17,078 nucleotides of DNA, from assembly GCF_006345805.1 (NCBI RefSeq), contig NW_021825000.1, positions 1 to 17,078 of the forward strand, read 5' to 3'. The stretch is from Octopus sinensis (Eukaryota). Numbering within the stretch: the first letter of the stretch is position 1; each line of letters opens with the position of its first letter. The translations under genes and the position numbers were made by a program. Positions 1 to 9,676 of the stretch are shown one piece after another. The notes beneath the pieces were generated by a model, which was given only the letters and a program-made list of their open reading frames with translations, was not told the origin of the DNA and ran no database searches.

Positions 1-44
1 AGTATATATAATGCCTCCTGGCATGTATGTATAATTATGCCCTC

Positions 45-76
<32 letters not shown>
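45..76. repeat. (TA)n microsatellite
   Basis: TA tract with one interruption, read directly. Confidence 0.95.
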
Positions 77-406
77 CACAAATATATATGTAAGTATAAA
101 CAATTTTAAACTAAAGCAAGTGACTGGCAACGTCCACTACTTCACATACAGTGAATAGGAAAATTGTAGATCTGGTCTTTCACTGTTTGTCTGGAAGACC
201 AGTTTCGTCTCTGAAACTTTAGTAAACACCTGGCACACACGCACACCGTACATGCACGTGAGAATGCACACACGTACATATACCACACCACATACAAGCC
301 TCACATACACACATAGTCATGTACTGTATACGCACCTATGCATATTTATCCATAAGGAGACTGCACGAACGTAAATCATTGACATTTCAATAATCTAAGA
401 CTGGTA

Positions 407-618
407 AGGCGGCGAGCTGGCAGAAACGTTAGCACCCTGGGGACATGCTTAGCGTTATTTCGTCTGCCGCTACGTTCTAAGTTCAAATTCCGCCGAGGTC
501 GACTTTACTTTTCATCCTTTCGAGGTCGATAAATTAAGAATCAGTTTCGTACTAGGGTCGATCGAATCGACTGGTTCCCTCACCGAAAATTTCGGATCTT
601 GTGCCTAGACTAGGAAAG
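407..618 (+). mobile_element. tRNA-derived SINE, family A, monomer
   Basis: Head AGGCGGCGAGCTGGCAG and B-box-like GTTCAAATTCC (481-491). Central GGTCGACTTT-CCTTTCATCCTTTCG-GGTCGAT segment, which from memory resembles the Meta domain. Homologous to five other segments in the window. Confidence 0.9.
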
Positions 619-636
619 AATATTCTAAGACAGGTA

Positions 637-1033
637 AGGCGGCGAGCTGGCAGAAGCATTAGCACGCCGGGCGAAATGCTTAGCGGTATTTCGTGTGCCG
701 TTACGTTCTGAGTTCAAATTCCGCCGAGGTCGACTTTGCCTTTCATCCTTTCGGGGTCGATTGAATAAGTACCAGTTACGCACTGGGGTCGATATAATCG
801 ACTTAATCCGTTTGTCTGTCCTTGTTTGTCCTCTCTGTGTTTAGACCCTTGTGGGTAGTAAAGAAATAGGTATTTCGTCTGCCGTTACGTCCTGAGTTCA
901 ATTTCTGCCGAGGTCGACTTTGCCTTTCATCCTTTTGGGATCGATAAATTAAGTACCTGTTGCGTACTGGGATCGATCTAATCGATTTGCCCCCTCCCCC
1001 AGAATTTCGGGCCTTGTGCCTAGAGTAGAAAAA
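637..1033 (+). mobile_element. tRNA-derived SINE, family A, dimeric form
   Basis: Full head and body to ~803, a ~65-bp linker, then a headless second body restarting at GGTATTTCGTCTGCC (~869) and ending with the family tail GGCCTTGTGCCTAGAGTAGAAA. Confidence 0.9.
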
Positions 1034-2304
1034 AATAATCTGAGACAGGTATTAAAAACAATGACGACTTGTACATATCAGAAATGTACGTAAACGACTA
1101 CAGAAAACGAAAAATATTTTCTAGCGTAACTAATAAACCTTACCAATTTGCTGTGTAATGAAATGTATGATAACGAAATTGGCTGTAAGAGACGTAGACA
1201 GTTTGCGAATTGGCCATTAAAATACGATGAATGATAACATGATAACAGTAGAGATACTGATTAATGAAAACAGAGCACCCAGCCAATTGGCAAATAGCAT
1301 TACTGAAAAAATATACATTCTGCCTAATGATCGCAGATAATTAGACGGAATGTTACCATAGTATGTGTCTTCTGTATGGTCATAGATCAACACATGACCA
1401 TGGAAAATATGTTTCAAATAAAGTCAGATGGACAGTACTCACAATTCAAGCATGATCTTTGCCATTTTTCTTTAGTTGTAATTGTAGGTCGGCTTTGAAA
1501 ATCAGACCTTTGAACAAAAATATTTCAGCTATAAGAACTATATTACTCAATGCGTACAATTTTTTTAAGAGTATAGAGTGTGATTTGTGAGGTATTTGCC
1601 GGCTTATTCTACTTGATAAAAAGATCACATTGAGTTCCATTCGAAAGATTGCAGAAATTTAGTTTAATATTTCTGTTCCTAAGGTTTATCATTCAACTAC
1701 AAATACGATAAATACTTTTTCATCAAGGATATTCAGTTGAACAGTAGAGGGGCATTTTATTCTCTCGTACGTATTCTTCATTTATTCGTTCATTCTATGC
1801 ATCTGACAATTTAGACTTTGCTGTGATTTGTAAGATTCAGTGCAGTTTAAGTAGAACGATGATGGAACTGTTGTTCAACATCATCTATATTAATAAAAGC
1901 GAAATTTTGTTTCTCCGTCTGGAACCCCTGTATCTCAGGCTACATTTGCTCTCCATAGGCATATTTTACCGTTTTGGAATCAGGATGATCCGGGATTTGA
2001 AAAGCTGCCCTATCATTTGTTTCTTGAACATAAAGCATTGAGATCTGATTTAAAAGCATTTAGGTTACTATTTCTAGCAGGTAATGGTTGGCTGATTCAC
2101 GCTACCTTGGTTAGCGTTTGTCAGATGACGTCAGAGATCAAGGAGGAGATAATTGACATTTGCTTCGTTAATTTTACGTCGAGATAAGAACTTTAGGACA
2201 AATTGGCCAACAGTTGGAATTCAACTTGGGACTGGAACAATAGAATGATTGCATTAGAGAATTAATACTAATCTGTCCTTAACCTCTGATCAAATACTAC
2301 TGGG

Positions 2305-2400
2305 GCATATATAGTCATTATAGATGTACTATAGTTATGCTGTTTAGCTCTTTTTAATTTTAGACCGCAGGCCCAATTAGCCCTCCGCAGGAGCTAGCAT
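2305..2400. repeat. Short dispersed repeat, uninterrupted copy (paralog of 10204-10600)
   Basis: TTATAGATGTACTATAGTTATGCTGTTTAG...GCCCAATTAGCCCTC aligns with TTATAGA|TGTATTATAGTCATGCTATTTAG...GCCCAATTAGCCCTC at 10215-10579. Confidence 0.75.
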
Positions 2401-2827
2401 AAATGTTTGCACGGAGTGCGGCTTTTACGCTGGTACTTTATAAATGGGAAATGACAATGAGAAGACAGCAAGTATACATAGGCTATTCAGTAGCCACGGA
2501 GAAAGGGCCTAGCCATAAAATCCAGGGAGATTTCAGCTATTTTCGGTCAAAATACGACGACGGAAACATTTTTGAATTATTCGGCATAGATAGTGGGGTA
2601 TATTCATGGTAGATCACGTGATTACTGGAACTGAATATCGGGACGGCAGTTAATGCTTGATAATCATAGTGGGGTTACGTCTCCTAGCATACGAAATAAA
2701 GTGTCGACGATGTATTGAGCGCTTGGCTTTTTATGTAGCACGGGTGTATATACATCAGTAAAATGGTAAATTGATTGTTCTTAATTTATACTTTTGCTGG
2801 CTGTGCAGTTTTGTTTTCTGAAGCATG

Positions 2828-2858
<31 letters not shown>

Positions 2859-2898
2859 ACACCACATACACAACCACACACACACACACACACAAACA

Positions 2899-2929
<31 letters not shown>

Positions 2930-2953
2930 CACACACACACACAAACACAAACA

Positions 2954-2991
<38 letters not shown>

Positions 2992-2993
2992 CA

Positions 2994-3035
<42 letters not shown>

Positions 3036-3037
3036 TA

Positions 3038-3086
<49 letters not shown>
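2828..3086. repeat. Compound microsatellite (CA)n + (TA)n
   Basis: Interrupted CA tract 2828-2989, then TA tract 2994-3086. Explains all the HT/CV/YI ORFs here. Confidence 0.97.
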
Positions 3087-3089
<3 letters not shown>

Positions 3090-3318
3090 CTGTACAAGCT
3101 CTATGGAACTTTGTTTCATAAGCTTCAAACAATTGTTAAATTAGTTAACAGTTTCATGAAGTTAAATTATTCTTTCAAGTCTACGAAGTTTTTCAAAGGT
3201 TCCTCTGACTGCCAGAAACTCCAAAAGAACCTACCCTTTGTCTATCTCATTCCACATTTACTAATTTACTAACAGCATGTTATGTTTAATACAACGCTAT
3301 ACACAAGCACTCACACAG

Positions 3319-3327
3319 ATGTATGTA

Positions 3328-3363
<36 letters not shown>

Positions 3364-3513
3364 TGTATGTATGTATGTATGTATGTTTGTATGTATGTAT
3401 GTATGTATGTATATATGTGTGTGTGTGTGTGTGTCTATATATATGCACTATACATTTACACATTACGCATCCTTGTACACACAGATCGATATTTATCTCA
3501 CTAGCTATCTTTC

Positions 3514-3548
<35 letters not shown>
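3319..3548. repeat. Compound microsatellite (TATG)n/(TG)n/(TA)n
   Basis: Direct reading. Confidence 0.95.
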
Positions 3549-4142
3549 ATCCAGAAAATCCCCCGGTGGTTAGAAACATTGCGTGCCCAATCCTAATGCA
3601 GAAACAGCATTTTGCAACAACACTCTGGCCTTTCATAAATCGATTTCTTTCGACATTTATACGCAATCACTTTATCACTAATTAACACTGGGTGAATGAA
3701 ATATGTACAGTACTTTCCACAGACGGAGATTAATTTTAGCTATTCGTTTGTACAGCCTGACACTCAAGTAACTATTGTGTAATATATCTGAAACTTCATC
3801 AGTATTGCTAAGTAAATATATTGATAAGCAGGGAATATTCCATGAGATATATTCTATACCACTTCAAAAGAATTTTTTGATTAGTTTCTTCGATGTTAAA
3901 GTTGTTGGTATTACTACTAATATGAGTGTTAGTAATAGTATTTGAAGAAATTTTCGACGGTAGATACAGAAGATTGTTCTAGAAGACATAATGTGATATA
4001 ACATGACGTGACATCGTGTAATGTTTTCAAATAAAGAATGTATATGGAAGTGTTAGTAAATACGAGACAAGGTTGTTAGTTGGTAGCAACAACTTAAAAG
4101 TAACAAAAATATTTCGAGAATGTTCCACTAAAATATTGTCAG

Positions 4143-4506
4143 GAGCAGGCGTGGCTGTGTGGTAAGAAGCTTGCTTCCTGACTGCATGGTTCTGGGTTCA
4201 GTCTCACGACGTGAGACATTGAGCAAGTGTCTTCTGCTATTGCCTCTGGCCGATGATAGCCATGTAAGCGGATTTAGTAGACGGAAACCGAAAGAAGCCC
4301 GTCGTACACGTGTGGGTGTGTGTGTGTCTTTTTGTCTCTGTTTGTCACCACAACAACTTGTCAACCAGTGTGTTTACGTCCCCGTAAAACCGATAGAATA
4401 AGTACCAGGCTTTATAAAAGTACTGGGGTCGATTTAATCGATTAAATATTCCTCATGGCGGTGTCCCAGCATGACCGCAGTCTAATGACTGAAACAAGTA
4501 AAAGAT
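4143..4506 (+). mobile_element. tRNA-derived SINE, family B (CORE-like), full length
   Basis: A-box-like TGGCTGTGTGG (4152-4162), B-box-like GGTTCAGTC (4195-4203), CORE-like ACATTGAGCAAGTG, internal (TG)n, and tail CCAGCATGACCGCAGTCTAATGACTGAAACAAGTAAAAG. Homologous fragments at 8938, 10151 and 11333. Confidence 0.9.
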
Positions 4507-4789
4507 TTAAAAAGCAACTTATAATTTTTGGCATTTCTTTTTTCAAAGGATACTAGGTTGATTATATGCTCCCGACCTGCCACTCCCTAGTTCATTACAA
4601 TTCTCACCATAAGAATGACCAGTTTTGCAAGGGGCTTCGTTTGGTCCTGAAACACCATTCTTTCCGCTTTCTCGCCGAGGTTTCCTTCTTTGCTGAAAAA
4701 TATCGACAAAAGACACACACCCATCCCATACTAACACATATATTAATGCTTGTGTATATATATTACGTATAACACACATGCACACGCAT

Positions 4790-5330
4790 ATGATGAATGA
4801 GACAGCGGAGCAAGTTTTAACATAGGTGTTATCAGTATAACGCTTAGAAAGAAAGGAAAAGGATCTTTAACGTTTCGAATGCTAGTTCCCCAACAGTAAA
4901 AAAATAATAAGGAAGGAAAGGTGGTGGTAAGAAGGAGAAGAAGAAGAAGAAGAAGAAGAAGAAGAAGAAGAAGAAGAAGAAGAAGAAGAGGAGGAAGAAG
5001 AAATGCTTCGGTTGGGAATTCGATCCCATGAGTAGGAGTTAGAGGAAATGCCATTGGTCTAAAAAGAAGAACGGCCAACTAGGGATACGCTTAAACTAGG
5101 AGCTAAAAATATCTTTTGAGAAGGTTTGGTTGACCCGAAAAAGGTTCTTTTACCTCTTCAACATATAAAACTTATCTCCCTGCAGCAATTCAGAAACGCT
5201 TTGCCACAGGATAGAGAGGGCTTCAAGAAGTTGCACAGAATGATTCTTATTCTGTCAGGCGCCAAAGTCGAAGTGAGTTATTTGCAGGACCAGGTATAAG
5301 GAAACTCGGCAAGGATAAAAATTTGAGGAA
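4790..5330 (+). pseudogene. Decayed DNA transposase fragment (probably CMC/Chapaev-like)
   Basis: Manual translation across stops and frameshifts gives MNETAE...DL*...MLVPQQ-[purine/(AAG)n tract]-KCF..HWSKK/ERPTRDTLKLGAKNIF*EGLVDPKKVLLPLQHIKLISLQQFRNALPQDREGFKKL...LSGAKV/ELFAGPGIRKLGKD. This is colinear with a widespread transposase consensus recalled as ETYE..GDLK..MLLGQQ..CF..HW.KK.WP.R..L..G.KNI..LVDP.KVLLPPLHIKLGLMKQF.KAL...LS.AK.KEGIF.GPQIRKL. The core 5052-5320 is strong; the superfamily name is from memory. Confidence 0.75.
4929..5002. repeat. (AAG)n microsatellite
   Basis: Direct reading. Source of the poly-L and poly-F ORFs. Confidence 0.97.
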
Positions 5331-5639
5331 CTTTCTAAGAGATTCTGCTACAAGAACAACAGTAGTTGTTGCGGGAGCAGATGTTGATGCTATCGTTTTA
5401 GTTGTTTAACTCAAGGGCGATGGAAGGTTTCCATTCAAGTCTATTCCATTTTTTATATATATTCTTGGCTGCATTATTTAGATTGTAATTGTTATTGTTT
5501 GCTTGTTTAAAAGAATACGGTATGAGATTTGGTTTCTATATCTAGCAGGTTAAACAAGACTGCTTTTGCTCATAGACAGGCACTTCTTTTTATTTTATTT
5601 TTACGAAGTGTGCTCAAGAATATTTTAAAGAGCTACACA

Positions 5640-6480
5640 TACAATTTCGTTTGAAAAAGAGATGGGAGGAAAACAAAATGTAGCAAGTGAAGATTAAATA
5701 AATATAATAAAAATTGGGGTTTAAAGATGACGAAATAAAAGAACAAGGAATGACTTAAAAGAAAAGAGAATGAGAAAATAATAAATAAAAAATGCTAGCA
5801 TAAAAATAAATGAATGGCGAAGAAAAGGGGGAGAACTGGCGAGAGAGATTAAGAAAAGATGTGAGAAAAAGCAAGTTTGACGATTGGAAGATGAGTGAGT
5901 TAGTGAGAATGACAGGCTGGAATTAAGAATATGAGTGAGAGAAAGGAAGAGGGAAGGAATAAATGTGAGAGAGAGAGTGAGAAAGTGGGGAATGAAGAGA
6001 GTGAGAGAGATGGGAATGAGAGATGGTGAGAGAGGGGAGAATGAGAATAGAGAGAGATAATGTAAAGGAATGAGAGAGAAAGGGGAGAGAGTAAATGCGA
6101 AAGAATGAGAGAGATAGAGATGAAAGCAAAGGGAGACGTTAAGGGAAAGCTAATGCAAAAAAATAAAAGAAAAACGGTTAAAAATGGAATTAAAGTGAAA
6201 AAAGAAAGAAGTAGCAAGAATAAAGAAATAGGGGTAAGAAAGCTAAAAAATAAAATAAATAAATAAATAAAGAATGAATGAATGAATTAAAGAAAGGAAA
6301 AGATGAAAATAGTAAAAGAAAATTAGCAAATAAAAGAAAAATAGATAGATAAAAAGGAAAGCAGTATAAAAATAATATAAATGTCATCAAAAACAAGTAA
6401 CATAGAAAAGAAGCTGAACAAAAATTGGAGCAAAAAGAGAATGTAACGATTGTATTTTTTTCTTTATATAAAAATATGAA
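5640..6480. repeat. Purine-rich (GA/A-rich) low-complexity tract
   Basis: Plus strand is overwhelmingly A/G. Decayed (GA)n core at about 5880-6140. Confidence 0.85.
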
Positions 6481-6840
6481 AACGCAAACGATCTAAAACA
6501 AAGTCAACGGAACAAAGTGAAAAGAAAAATGGCCGCTAATCACCTTTCAAACATGTAAACAAAATGAAACAATAACAACAATATCAACAATCAACGACTT
6601 TCCCAGCAAAGGTCTAATTATAAGGTTTTGATTGTTTCGTTAAACGTTGCTCGTACCTCTGGTGTTGTGTGACGTAGAGGGTGGAATATGTGGACGAGTG
6701 GAAAGTTCGACGGGTGGACGGGTGGAAAGGTGGAAGTTCTCTGGAAGGAAATTGTAATGTTAATTAGTGTCGTGAAAGACTTTTAAAACCCCAAAATCCA
6801 CACCCCGAAATGCGCACGCACAAACAAACACACATTCCGG

Positions 6841-6846
6841 TCTATC

Positions 6847-6940
<94 letters not shown>
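6841..6940. repeat. (TATC)n microsatellite
   Basis: Direct reading. Confidence 0.97.
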
Positions 6941-6941
<1 letters not shown>

Positions 6942-6968
6942 ACAACATATATATATGTTTAATAACGT

Positions 6969-7336
6969 AAGAGCACTCCGTCGATCACGACGACAGGGGT
7001 TCCAGTGATCCGATCAACGGAATAGCCTACTCGTGAAATTAACGTGTAAGTGGCTGAGCACTCCACAGACACGTGTACCCTTAACGTAGTTCTCGTGGTG
7101 ATTCAGCGTGACACAGAGTGTGACAATGCTGGACTCTTTGAAATATAGGTACAACAGAAATAGGATGAAAGAGTGGGTGAAAGTTGTGGTAAAAGAGTAC
7201 AGCAGGGTTCGCCACCATCCCCTGCCGGAGCCTCGTGGAACTTTAGGTGTTTTCGCTCAATAAACACTCACAACGCCCGGTCTGGGAATCGAAACCGCGA
7301 GTCCGCTGCCCTAACCACTGGACCATTGCGCCTCCA
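6969..7336 (-). mobile_element. tRNA-derived SINE, family C, with 11-bp target-site duplication
   Basis: Minus-strand head TGGAGGCGCAATGGTCCAGTGGTTAGGGCAGCGGACTCGCGGTTTCGATTCCC (A box at 7315-7325, B box at 7285-7295). Perfect flanking direct repeat TTTAATAACGT at 6958-6968 and 7337-7347. Confidence 0.92.
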
Positions 7337-8384
7337 TTTAATAACGTGCCCTGCTAGTGCTAAGCGAACGATGAATTATCTTACTCATTTAAGTTAAATA
7401 TTATTAATAAAATAAAAAAAATCTTTCTCTAATTTTGAGTCAATGAGAATGATAGACGCTCTGTTCATATGAAATGAAGTATCCCTCCGAGCCATATATA
7501 CTTTCTTCATGTCTCGACAGTTGTCTCATATTGGTGAATAAAATGTCAAAAATGTTTTCCATTAAAATCTTCACAGTTATTTCACCTTTAGCAACGTCTG
7601 AGATATATGTATATGAGACATAAATACTCACAAGTGTATTGAAATACACGAACTTACATTCATCAGAACGAAGAGGTGGGAGAAAACGAATGTGAATTAA
7701 TGTATCTGTCACATCTGGAATTAACATTTGTTAACCTGCCACCATGATTGTTTTTAAAACATTTCCTAGAATAAGTACTTGAGGTTAAAAAAAAAACTAA
7801 CTTTTTCAAGTTATAAAATGAAGACATTTCCTCTTCCTCTCTTCACCTCCTTCCCTTTTTTACATATTTCGATTGTTTTTAAAGCATTTATTCATATTCA
7901 CCTGTTTCGTTTTCCTATCAGGTTCTCTGTATCCAAATTTGCTCGCAATCTTTCTCTCTTCCTGTTTTGTTAAATCGTTGGTCTATTAATCACTATACGC
8001 TGTTCTGTCCTTTTTAATTTTGTTTCTACATCTATGAATAATATCTCTTCAATTTCCTTTCTGATCTTCCATTTTTCCTACATCCGTAATTTCTTTTTAA
8101 CTTCCTATATATTTATTTTCTCTTCTTTACTGAATCAATATTTTAGTTATACCTGCCACGCCATCTTCTCTTTTTATTTATCTTTTATAGTCACGTTTCT
8201 CCTAAACGCAAGCTATACCGCATGTACCGCATGGAATTTTTTAAGTGTGAATCCATTTTCACCATTTCGGCAAATACGCTGACGGCCATGTTCCGCTGAG
8301 GAGATTAGAATAAAACTCAAACAATTCCGAGTTGTCCCCCTTGATTACCTGAGAAATGAAATCAATAATATTCATCATTGACTA

Positions 8385-8473
8385 TTATGGGATTTGAAAT
8401 CAGAATGTAAAAAATCGGAAGAAATGCTTTTAGGCACTTCGTCAGATTTTAATGATTCTGCCAGCTCGCCGCA
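8385..8473 (-). mobile_element. Degenerate family A SINE head fragment
   Basis: The reverse complement reads GCGGCGAGCTGGCAGAATCATTA...TTACATTCTGATTTCAAAT, matching the family A head. Confidence 0.7.
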
Positions 8474-8759
8474 TTTTAAGGATGTTAACGCCAATTAAAT
8501 TATTGCTTTTTCCATGATTCGGCGCCTAAATTATTTAATATTTAAACTCTTCTACGTTCATTATTACAAGATGCGGATTAGAAGAGCTAAGCAGTGATGC
8601 GCACAAATATAAACTTGTTATCAGTTCAGTTACGCTTGTGACATATTCGAACTCGTAAGATAAATATTCACTGTAATTTGTCACGGAGGAAAAAATTATC
8701 GTTGTAACTAAATAAGTGTAAACACACTGAATTGCTTTGAAGCGCTCTCTAACCAGACT

Positions 8760-8799
8760 GATGCATGCATTTCGGAGTGGTTATCTCCTCTTCAGCATC
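8760..8799 (-). ncRNA. Minimal type I hammerhead ribozyme-like motif (HHR-a)
   Basis: Minus strand reads GAUG-CUGAAGA-GGAG(AUAACCA)CUCC-GAAA-UGCAU-G-CAUC. It has the exact catalytic core, a perfect 4-bp stem II closed by G-C, a palindromic stem III (AUGCAU) and a 4-bp stem I. Position 17 is G, which is non-canonical. Confidence 0.72.
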
Positions 8800-8937
8800 G
8801 CACTTTGGGGAAGGAGGCACTACGAACTGACGAGAAACCAGGTCTCATTTATTATATTCCACTCAAATGCACTGTGACTTGTTGCGTTACGAAATTGTAA
8901 AGAAGTGTTATCATCATGAATGCTTTTGCGGTTGCAA

Positions 8938-9048
8938 GAATAAAATAGGTGCCAGGCTTTAAAAGAGAAAATTAAATACTGCCCTCCATTTCTTCGACTA
9001 AGCCCTTCAAGGCGTAACCCAGTATAGCCGTGGTTCAGTGACTGAAAC
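8938..9048 (+). mobile_element. Family B SINE 3' tail fragment
   Basis: AATAGGTGCCAGGCTTT...TTCGACTAAGCCCTTCAAGGCG...CCAGTATAGCCGTGGTTCAGTGACTGAAAC aligns with 4395-4496. Confidence 0.75.
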
Positions 9049-9106
9049 GTGTTATTCTTTAACGTTCTCTTTCACATTATAATTTCTAACCCTTTTCGCA
9101 TTATCT

Positions 9107-9109
<3 letters not shown>

Positions 9110-9180
<71 letters not shown>

Positions 9181-9200
9181 GTCTGCTTTTCACACACACA

Positions 9201-9231
<31 letters not shown>

Positions 9232-9267
9232 GTTATCTATCTATCTATCTATCTATCTAGCTACTAG

Positions 9268-9298
<31 letters not shown>

Positions 9299-9352
9299 AC
9301 TGGCTCTCTCTCTCTCTCCACCTCTCTCTCTATCTGCTTTCCTCTCTCCCTC
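9110..9352. repeat. Compound microsatellite (CT)n/(CTAT)n
   Basis: Direct reading. Confidence 0.95.
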
Positions 9353-9512
9353 CATCTTAACATATGATATATCCATTCATAAACCAATTAAGGGTATCAC
9401 ATGCTAATAAATACAAATGATTAAAATTCTTCCGAAACAAAATAGTCGATTCAAAGTGTTATTCATATTTATATTTACGATAACCGTCAAATGTTGAATC
9501 GCTGTAATGTAA

Positions 9513-9548
9513 ATATATATATATATACATATATATATATACATATAT

Positions 9549-9618
<70 letters not shown>

Positions 9619-9676
9619 TATATATATATAATATATATAATATATATATATATATATTATATTAATATATATATAT
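9513..9676. repeat. (TA)n microsatellite, left flank of mini-element
   Basis: Direct reading. Confidence 0.95.

Noticed and set aside
1446-1640. GPCR TM1/TM2-like words (SNIVLI, ADL) upstream of the TM3-like stretch
   Set aside because: Spacing between the putative conserved residues does not match class A GPCR geometry.
1884-1921. Helitron-like 5' start (A|TCTATATTAATAAAAG)
   Set aside because: No hairpin plus CTAG|T 3' end was found downstream, and the motif is AT-rich enough to arise by chance.
2755-3685. Many ORFs rich in HT, CV, YI or MYVC
   Set aside because: They are translations of CA/TA/TATG microsatellites. The same applies to ORFs at 4743-5078, 5900-6396, 9049-9987, 10819-12069 and 12416-13300.
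5013-5027. B-box-like GGGAATTCGATCCC
   Set aside because: No A box or SINE body nearby, and it falls within the transposase remnant.
7280-7336. tRNA gene
   Set aside because: The A/B boxes belong to a SINE head with a TSD and no complete cloverleaf. The same holds for the heads at 407, 637, 4143 and 14769.
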